The position numbers and the translations under genes are program-made. Shown here one piece after another: positions 14,093 to 23,342 of a stretch of 64,000 nt of DNA. This DNA comes from Monocercomonoides exilis PA203 (taxonomy: Eukaryota; Protista; Preaxostyla). Where the stretch lies: the NCBI GenBank assembly GCA_001643675.2, contig LSRY02000004.1, forward strand, positions 868,001 to 932,000, written 5' to 3'. Position 1 is the first letter of the stretch. Each line of letters opens with the position of its first letter. Below the pieces are notes generated by a model. That model was not told where the DNA came from and searched no databases. It saw only the letters and a program-made list of their open reading frames with translations.

Positions 14093-17000
14093 GGCATAGG
14101 TGTAAATCGTACCACTTTCAGTTTGCATTTTTTCAAAATTTGAATATTATAGCGTTAATCTACTCAATTTAACAAAGCGATTCAAGAAGGGAAATTTCGA
14201 AATTCGATTAAAAATTTTCTCTCTGAAATTCAAAAATTTCGACACCCATAATTTTTCAATTTTGATCACATTTTATAAAAATATCTATTTCTTGCTTTGC
14301 AAAGATCAAATGAATTTGTCGATTCATTGGAACAAGAAGAAATATAGTGTTTAATGTTTTTCATGGTAAAATTATGCCTATATTTCTTTTTATGTTACTT
14401 ATTTCTATAGATTCAATAAATACAGGATGCCACCGTTTTAAAAAAATAAAGTGTAATGCTTCAATAACACCTTCGAAGCAATAAAGGAAGAAAACATATG
14501 CAACGAATGGTAAAATTTTTTAATTGTTTATATACTTTTTTTAATGCTATTTTTTCATCCTTTTGGATTGGACTGCATTTGAAAGGTTTGTGGTAAAATG
14601 AAGATCTGGCTCCAACTACATTTTTTGGATCGAATTGAATTTGTAAGGATAAGGCGTGACGTGGTGCTTGAAGTCGATGACTTGGGGAAGAGTTATTTGG
14701 AGAGAAACAAACTGAAGAGTTTGTATTTGATAGAGAAATAAGGATTTCGGGCGTTTTATTGTTTCTTTATTTTTTATTTTCTTTATCTACAATTTTTATT
14801 TGAATTTTTAATTTCATTGATGTGTGATACCATCAGGTGTTGTCAGAAGCGCCGGGGGAGCATGAAACATGGGACATGGAAACAATGCTTTTTTGGGGGG
14901 CATTCCTGGAAGAAATTTGGAGAAATGGGCAATCGAAGAGCGTTTGGCAGAATGAGCCAGGCGGAAAAAACTGAAGAGAATGGGGAAAGAAATTTTTGTG
15001 GAATTTTTTTCACAAAAAACTTTTCGGAAGCAGCAGCAGATAAGGCAGAAAAGAGGAACTCAAGCTCAATGGGATATTTTACGATATAGCGCTAAGAGGC
15101 ATGGGGAAATGGAGAAGGAAAAGGAAGAATTTCTGTGAGTGAATCGCGTTTGTCATCATTTTTGCCAATTTTTCTCTTCACCTTCCATTCCCCTTATATC
15201 CCTCTCTCACCTAACATTTTTCAACATCTCAACAGCAAATGATGTATGTTCACCTTCAACCACAATGTCAATCCAAACCTCGTGTTTTATGAGCAGTTGC
15301 TCCTTTTCATCAGTATGTGATGCGTATGATGGAGGGATTGTTCCTTCACTCAATAATCCCTATGCCTCTCTGACAGCCTCAAACACCTCGTTTGTTGGAT
15401 GTTGTCGGACAAGGAATGTTGTATGTGAAGGAACTTCGGAGGTTCCGTTGACTCCAGGGAGACAAAATGAAACAGATAATGGAACAAATTTATTCACTTG
15501 GTGCGAGTGGCGTGGATCGAGAACAACAGGAGAAAGTGACTCGTGGACTGATGGAGTGTCAAGTGGCGGGGCCATTGCATGTACAATCTCAATTCTGGAG
15601 AACTTTCAGTTTCGAATTGTCTGTTTAATAATTGCTTTGCATACAGCCGTGGGGGTGGGATTATGTGTCATACAATCAAATCTGTGTATATCGAAAATAA
15701 TGTGTTCAGTGTGTGTACAGCTCAAAACCAACATGGAGGTGGAATGTTTGCCAGCTCTATTTCATCATGTGTTCGGATCAGTGGATGTGAATTTCAGAAT
15801 TGTAAAGCAAATTGTTATGGAGGAGGACTTTTTCTTGAAAATTTTCAGGTTTCGGGAACAGATTGCATTCCGACAGAAAATGGAGAAGGGGAGAGTGCGT
15901 GTGTGTTTGAGTGCTCATTCACTTCGTGCTCTCTGACAAACCAATATGGCGGAGGGATGTATTGCCAAAGTATTCCGGCTGCATTCAAAATGAGGAGCAT
16001 CAAGTTTATTTCGTGCTCTGCAGTATCGTGGGGAGGAGGATTTTATCTTGAACCATCTCGATCAACAGCTCCAAGCAACAATCATTATTGCTATTTCTTC
16101 TTCTTCCACGATTGCAGATGCACAACCACTTCCACTCCATATGGTCATGATGTGTATTTGGAAGATCGATACAATTTCTTCTTATCGAACAACCCATTCT
16201 ACGAATCTTACACAACGAATAGTGATGAGAAGAGAGTGTGCTATGCTTATTTGCAATCAAGCAGTTATGTGTTTCAGCATACAGAAAAGAAGGAATGGCT
16301 GAAGGAAGGGATGAAGGATCGGTATGTTGGGGTGAGTGGAGATGATTCTTGTTATCTATGTGGGATGAATGAGTCAGCACCTTGCAAGACAGTGGGGCAT
16401 GCGGTGGGTGTAAGCATGGCGTAGCTGAGCTCGACGATCACGGTGCTTGTCGGAAGGCATGTGAGCGAAGCAGCAATGATCAGTGTTGGGGAAAAGGAGA
16501 TTTCTGTTGTTGGGAGAGGGAAAGCAGTGAGTGTGAGTGGGATAGATTCTCTTTCTTCTTCGATTACGCTGTTCAGTTTGATGATTGGGCAGTTGGAGTG
16601 ATATCTGTTGGAGGAGAAAAATTTAAGCTTGCTAAAATAAGGGTTGACCCCAGGTTTGAATGAGAGAGTCCTATCGTGGAATTGTTATTTGTACCCACTT
16701 TACCACAGCCACTAATAATTGCTATTGAAATAAAAAGTCGGTTCAAGCGCTGCAGTACAAATATAGAATCACACTGTGGAAAGAGTAGAACGTTACTCCT
16801 GATCCGGGCAGAAGCAATTTAAAGAACCAACTTTGCAATTTTTTTAAAAATTATAAGAATGCGCTATTTGCTCATTGCTATTTTTTTTATCTTTAATTAA
16901 TAAAACTTTGAAAAAGATGAATAATTGAATTAATTGTTTTTTATTTGTGCAAGTTTTCACTATTTCGCACTTTCATCTTTTATAATTGTATCGGCTAACG

Positions 17001-18655
17001 TCAGCAGCTTTGGAAAACCAAAATAAAACAGGAATGCGTTGTTATAATAGAGCTTGTTGTGAATACTTTGTTAAAAACAGGTAAAAAATAATTTTTCACA
17101 AACAATAATAAACAACAAACATCAACGAACGAAAAAGAAGATGGAAGGAAAAAGAAATAAACAATTTGAATGAGAAAAAAATGGAAAATCGAGAAGCTAT
17201 ATTTGAAACTCTTTTGCAAAAAGTTAAGATTTTTTGAAAAAAACATACTAAGATATCCCTCTCCATCCCAGACATTCATTTTTAAATAGTCTCTTTGTTT
17301 CGCCTCCACTCTTCTCTTCCTTCTTCTCGTTCTTTCACTCGATAATCTCCGTTACACTCAATGTTCATCGTTTGTTATCTTTTCCTCTTTTTCCCAACAG
17401 CCAACTTTCCCCCTCTCAACTTGAACGCGCTGTCAACTTCCGTAGCTGCTCTATATAAAATGAGCTTTTCCATCATATTCTCTTCTTTTATCACTTGTAT
17501 TGAAAAATCTCATCCCTGCTTTAACTTCACACCCTTCTTCATTTCTTCTCGTCTTTCTCTCTCTAAACATTTATTTACATTTTTTGCTGTTGCTGCTCGG
17601 AAACGTACAACCTAACAACAATCATCTTCAAAATGAACCTATAGGTGATGTTAATAATATAGCTGAATGTCGAAATATCTCTCACAAATATGAAGCAATC
17701 ATTTAATTTGCACATCGTAAAATCTTCACTTTTTCATGCCAATCTATTTCTTTCTTTTTTCTCTTTCTTTTTCTTCCAACGTTTCAGCCAAGCCTTGTTC
17801 GATAAAGAAGTTCTAATGCACTTTGAAGACTTTGTTAAATGCTCCGCGCCTTCTCATCCCTTCCGTAAGCCCTAGCTCCACTGCATATCCCAACCTCAGT
17901 CAAACAGCTTTTCAACCTTTCATCTGATGTGAAGGTTTCTTCAAAGTTTTCCTCCAACAAGTCATTTCTTCTTCTAAATCTTCGCCTCTCATTCTTTTGT
18001 TCTTTCTGATCAATCCATTTCTCTAATCTAGCTCCTATGTATTCATATCATTCAGCTTCTTTATATTCTCTCCATAAAAGAATTTTATGTGCACACTATC
18101 TTCTTTCTCTGAAAACTTTACTCTTTGGAAGCTTGTGTTTTATAATCTTTCAAATGCATCTGAGATTAATCATGGAAAAAAGGAAGATAGTAAATATTCC
18201 AACAATTATCTTATTAATATCGATAACAATTTAAAAATAAAAAATATAAACACTTTTAAATGTTGTTTTATCTGTCAACGCATCGTTTGTAACATCCGCA
18301 ATTGTGCGTACATTTGTGTTTTGTTAAAACATTGAATTTTAATAAAATAACTTCATAATAAACAATATATGTGAAAATTCTATTATCCAAACAATAAAAA
18401 TATTATACACTCTTTGAATATTGCATTGTGAAGTTGTCCTGAACTTTGCAAAGCCAGGAAATTGTGATTTTAATTCTAAATGATCTTGATGAAAATATTA
18501 TGGGTTGCAAAAAATCAAATTTTTGTGAAAATTTTCATGATTGAATTTCGAAATTTCCCTCCTTGAATCGCTTAGTTAAATTATGTAGAATAACGCCATT
18601 ATATTTATATTTTGAAAAAATGCAAACTGAAAGTGGTACGATTTACACCTATGCC
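14093..18655. mobile_element. Non-autonomous cut-and-paste DNA transposon with cargo (Pack-type; Merlin-like, Mutator not excluded)
   Basis: GGCATAGGTGTAAATCGTACCACTTTCAGTTTGCATTTTTTCAAAAT (14093-14139) is the exact reverse complement of 18609-18655. Imperfect complementarity continues to about 14308/18440. Flanked by direct TTAATTGC. No transposase motif seen inside. Confidence 0.9.
15100..16600 (+). pseudogene. Captured fragment of a beta-helix surface-receptor gene (N-terminal module)
   Basis: ORFs 15139-15936 and 15579-16424 join by a 1-nt frameshift near 15578 (SSGGAI/CMYN). In-frame TAG at 16422-16424 with family-like sequence continuing (LSSTITVLVGRHVSE...GQLE*). No signal peptide, TM or kinase. 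Motif-by-motif homology with ~23900-25400 of the intact receptor. Confidence 0.85.
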
Positions 18656-18663
18656 TTAATTGC
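18656..18663. repeat. Right 8-bp target-site duplication TTAATTGC
   Basis: Directly follows ...CCTATGCC and is identical to 14085-14092. Confidence 0.9.
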
Positions 18664-18759
18664 TTTGAACAAAAACAAGCTTTAACTTCTGTATTTTCCC
18701 CTTCATTCACATAAAAAGTTGAATGAAATCCAATGTGAATGCAGCTATTTTTTATTGAA

Positions 18760-19030
18760 TTTGAGTGGTTATTTTTGATATCATAACTTTATTCAAAGTC
18801 TTTTCTCTTCAAAAGTTAAATTTTCTTTGTGGAGAATTTTTTCATTCAAATGAATGAAGCGTTATAATAATTTCCAAAAATTATGTTTACGACACAGTAC
18901 TTGATAAATCTGCCATCATTTGGAGATTTGATTTCATGGTGTTCATTAATCAATATTCAAAGAGTATTTGCAAACAAAATTTTTTCACAGAAAAAATATG
19001 AATTCATAAATAATCACACATATGAGAAAT
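18760..19030 (+). repeat. Old AT-rich dispersed repeat, collinear with ~60100-60370
   Basis: Shared anchors tcataacttt, gtgttcatt and atgaattcataaataat at a near-constant offset of ~41,336 bp, plus gaattttt(t)cattcaaatgaa. Confidence 0.65.
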
Positions 19031-19391
19031 TTTGAGTTTTCAAACATTAGAAAAAATGCATTGAGCCACACACACATTTGCAATTTTTTTTGATTAACTT
19101 TTTAATTATTACTGTAAATCAATCACCATGGACGAAGACTCGAGCCAAATTGACAGCATCCATCTTGCCAATTATTAGGAAATGATTCAGAATCGTGTTC
19201 AACATAGAAATCATGCCTTTTGTAATCAAATGATTTTTTATCAAACGCTAATGAGTGGAATGCAGAAGTTGATTAAATGTGTAAACTTATTATCACAGCA
19301 GGAGAAGATTGAGTATCTTCTTCTACGGAAGAATCTTTAAAATAATAATTTTCAATTCCTTCCTGATAACACCATTTTGTTATACACCACC

Positions 19392-19406
19392 TTTTTTTTT
19401 CTTTCT

Positions 19407-19443
<37 letters not shown>

Positions 19444-19495
19444 CTTTTCTTTTCTTTTCTTTTCTTTTCTTTTCTTTTTCTTTTTCTTTTTTTTT
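19392..19495 (+). repeat. Polypyrimidine (TTTTC)n / poly-T tract
   Basis: Directly visible. Confidence 0.9.
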
Positions 19496-20024
19496 AATCC
19501 CTTGAAAACTGTTCCTTCTGAACTATGGGAATTGGAAAAAAATATCATTGAACATCGAAAATGCATTTTGAATGACCAGTTTATTCTTTATCAACCTAGA
19601 AACATTGAATTCAAATCACAATGTTTTTGACTATTCAGAAAACAAGAGGAATCCAAATGGAACTAAGACAAATAATTTTAAAGTTCCTTTTATATTTTTC
19701 ACGTCCAAGTTTTATTTTTGCACGTAAAAAAAGAGAAAAAGCAAAAAGATACAAATATATGTGTATTTTTTGAATAAATAATCAAATTTATTCATTTCAA
19801 AAATTTGAATCATTTTGCTTAAACAAAACAATCGGATATTTGTTAACTTTGGTAAAAAAAAAGAAAACAAAACTTTCTTTGAATAAAAACAAAATGTTTT
19901 ATTTGTTTTCAAAATTAAACAAGAAGAGCAAATTCCACAATTTGTCGCTCTCAATGAACAATGCAATCTTTATTGAGGGAACGAAAAAATAACTTAGTCT
20001 TTGTTTTGTGAATGGATAGATGAA

Positions 20025-20618
20025 TTACTTTTTTTCCATCGTTTTTGCGTTGATAAGTAATTTTAATTCGCTAATTGCATCATTAATTTCCTCTCCAACT
20101 TCACCCATTTCTTTTGTTAATCTATTAATTTCTTCGTTATTTTTATGTGCGTCCAAGTCGTTGATAATTAATTCGTGAAGTTTTGTCATCTAAAAACCAA
20201 AAAGAAAAAAGGGAAAAAAAAAATATTCCAAAAACGGTTTTCAGAAGCATACCATTGGCAGTCTTCTTTTTTCTCCATCTTGAATTTGTTCTATCAAATC
20301 CACAACTTCAGTTTCTCCCTTTTCAGCAAGTTTTTCTTTAATTTCTTTCAGCTCTTGAGATAAACTCATAAACATCTCAGCCTGATTTTTCATCTTTCGT
20401 TTGTATTCACTTTCATTTCTTGAACTTATAAAATCCTTTAGTGAAGTGTTTATTTCATTGGAAACGCTAATTCGTTGTTCTGTGAAAATAAACACAACGG
20501 CGCACAATATCAAAAAGGCTCTCTTCCTTCAGAACAAACATTTCAAACCCTGCAACGTGCAAAAATCCGACAAAAGATTTTTCAATGGATATGAATCAAT
20601 TTCACTTTTATCAATCAT
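20025..20618 (-). CDS. REX1BD: REX1-B domain protein, 153 aa; exons 20618-20549, 20479-20253, 20189-20025
   Basis: Introns 20548-20480 (GTTTGA..CAG) and 20252-20190 (GTATGC..TAG) give an open frame: MIDKSEIDSYPLKNLLSDFCTLQEQRI...FMSLSQELKEIKEKL...IEQIQDGEKRRL...EINDAISELK. This matches the REX1-B pattern LL..F..LQE.R / F..IS.EI..I / I..IQ..EK..L / I.E...ELK as I recall it. Confidence 0.75.
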
Positions 20619-20807
20619 GAATAATTGAATATTTTATATTATACATAATTGAGATCGATTATTCAATTAGAAAGATAAGAATCTGAAATTTGAAAAAATA
20701 AAAAGAAATGAAATTGAAGACTCGATACATCAATGATTCAATATTTTTAAAAAATAATATAAAACTGAAGAATACTTGAAAATTCGATACCATAAAAAGT
20801 GTATTTG

Positions 20808-22361
20808 ATGCAAGTTTTACTTCTTGTCGGGCTTGTAGTTTCGTTGTTGAACGAACTGCCCCTCGGAAGTTCACAAGGAGTATCTAAAAATTCTAAAAGT
20901 CATGATCGGAATGACCTCACACCTGTAATTTTGATGCCAGGTTTCTTGAATTATAGAATTTTGTTTTTTGGATATACTTCAAAACTATTGCAGGATTGGG
21001 GGGAAGCAGAATAGAGTATAAAAAGAAAAATAGCACAAAGTGGAAAATGCTTTGGCTAGATGTATTTCGCATCTTGCCAATGCATATTCCTGAATACGCC
21101 AGACAACTCACGCCTGTGTACGACCCTATAAATGATACGTTTACATCTCAACCGGATATAGATACACGACCGTATGATTATGGAGGCGTTGGGGTATGAT
21201 TTTCATTTGTTGATGATATTGACTTTAAAGAAAATGAATTCTTTATTGTTGAAGGGAGTGAGGTACTTAAATGGTTTAGGAAAAAACATTTCAGGCTACT
21301 TTTCGGTATTGCTTAAAGCAATGGAAAAAGAAGGATACGTCGCTGGTCAAACCGTTTTCGGTGCTCCTGTATGATTCTTTCAAAATTCTTCAGCTTTTTC
21401 CATAACTTTTTCCCTCTTTTCATTTGATTAGTTTGATTGGAGACTTGCAAACGCAAAACAAATTCTTACAAACGGCATGGCCGAATCGCTTAAGGAACTT
21501 GTGGAACATGCATCATTTGTTAATCAGGGGAAAAAAGTTCATCTCGTTGGCCATAGTATGGGGGCTACATTCATTCATCAGTTTTTGATGCACTTCGTTT
21601 CGGAGGAATGGAAAAATAGATATGTCGAATCGTTTATAAGTATAAATGGCCCGTATGGAGGGTCTTTTGAAGCATTTGCTCATTTGGCGTCACCTCATAG
21701 ATGGGGCTCAAGCCCTGTTTCAGCCAAATTGCTGCACAAAATCACGCAAACACTCGGAGGAATTTATTGGATGCTTCCAAATTCCAATGCATTTGCAAAG
21801 GATAAAGTGATTGCGAAGGTTCCAAATGCCAACATGGTTATTACACTTGATAATATGACATCAACATGGTCGGTTAGCAACAGATCGACTATTCTGCGGG
21901 CTGTTGAGAGCACATTGCAGGCTACAACGGGGCTGGATGCTCTTCATTTGCCTACTCATATTTTCTATTCCAACGGATATCGAACAATGAACGAACTGGT
22001 ATTTGAAGGGCCTGAGGATTCTTGGTGGACTAAAGAAAGCAAATCTACATCAACGACTGATGGAGATGGGACTGTGCCAATTGAATCTCTGAAATGTGTG
22101 CACTTGTTTTATCACAGTTTTCATTTTATTAGCTGTTTTTTCTTTTCTTTTCTTTTTCTATTTTTTGCTCTTTTTGAATATTTGGTTATATTTATGACTT
22201 ATACAGCACCTTTACGTTGGAAAGACGAGCAGATTGAAATCGTCACCGAACATCTCATTGAACATGCATCTCACATTTCAGTTCTCCACAAGCCCCAACT
22301 CGTAGCCGAAGTTATGGATATAATTTTGGAAACTTTAAAAAAAAAGGATAAAAATTTCTGA
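20808..22361 (+). CDS. Lecithin:cholesterol acyltransferase family / group XV phospholipase A2, ~421 aa; exons 20808-20940, 20994-21193, 21255-21368, 21432-22095, 22207-22361
   Basis: Signal peptide, PVILMPGLGGSRIE, GAPFDWRL, nucleophile GHSMG, DGDGTVP and HISVL. Four GT-AG introns restore a single frame. Confidence 0.92.
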
Positions 22362-23342
22362 ACTTTTGTTTTTGCTTTAAAATGATTTGTTGACTTTACT
22401 GTGAATTGCGTTGGATTTATCGTAAAGTCATAAATATTTGATTTTCATTTTTCACATCTTAATTACTTCATCATAATTCTTTGTTTTTTAACGTCAAAGT
22501 GCTTTTCAAATGATTTTTATGTATTTTTTAGTTTTACAATCTTTTTTAAGCATTTTAACCACTTTTATAAGAGTATTTTTTTATAAAGTCTTATATATTC
22601 AAAATTTTATTCGATATCAACTTAGAATTTTGCAATTCATTTTATTTCTAAGTATGTATATATTTTTGTTGTAAATGCATTATTCCCAATCACTTCTTTT
22701 ATAAAATGAAGGAAAAAGCATTTTAGAATATGTAGAATAATGCAATATTTTCGATGATTTTTCATTAGTAATAAAAATTTTCGTTTTTTCCAAATTCGTT
22801 TGTTTGTACCAGTTTTACTATACACGAGAAAGAAAAAATATTTCCTTTAAGATAAATTTGAAAAAATGAAATCTTTGAATCGAATATTCGCTTAAAAATG
22901 ACCTGTTTTATTTTATTTTTATTTTCGATCTGTTGTTTAAGAAAATATTCAAGATAAGTATTTCTTTATAATTCAAAACCATATTTTAAAACTTCAAAAA
23001 TAAATCAAAGAAGTTTCTGCAGAAATTATTAATGGCTTTTTCACTCATACACAATGATAAATATCTTTCAAAAAAAAAAAGGAAAAGTGACAAATAACTT
23101 TCCTTATGAGAAAAAAACACAAAACGTCAATAATTATTACCACTTCATTTTCATTATGTATCTTGCATTATTTTCGTAATAATATTGATAAAAATATAAT
23201 TAACGAATAATTTAACAAATGTTTTGAAAAACAATATTCAAAAGGCTTTGCAGATCGTCCCATATCTCTGTTTTTATTTTCGTTTAATAAATAAAGGGTG
23301 CAGGAATTTTTAATTTTTTGTTTTTTCAAAGCATCCGCATCC

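Noticed and set aside
16422-16424. In-frame TAG read as Gln (TAR=Gln code known in some oxymonads)
   Set aside because: Multi-kb ORFs here have no internal TAA/TAG, several genes end in TAA, and the same fragment also has a frameshift. A nonsense mutation is the simpler explanation.
16620-16830. Possible structured ncRNA (tRNA/snoRNA)
   Set aside because: No cloverleaf, box C/D pair or H/ACA layout could be supported.
19273-19566. Poly-Lys/poly-Phe ORFs (also 57448-57699)
   Set aside because: Translations of T-rich microsatellite tracts.
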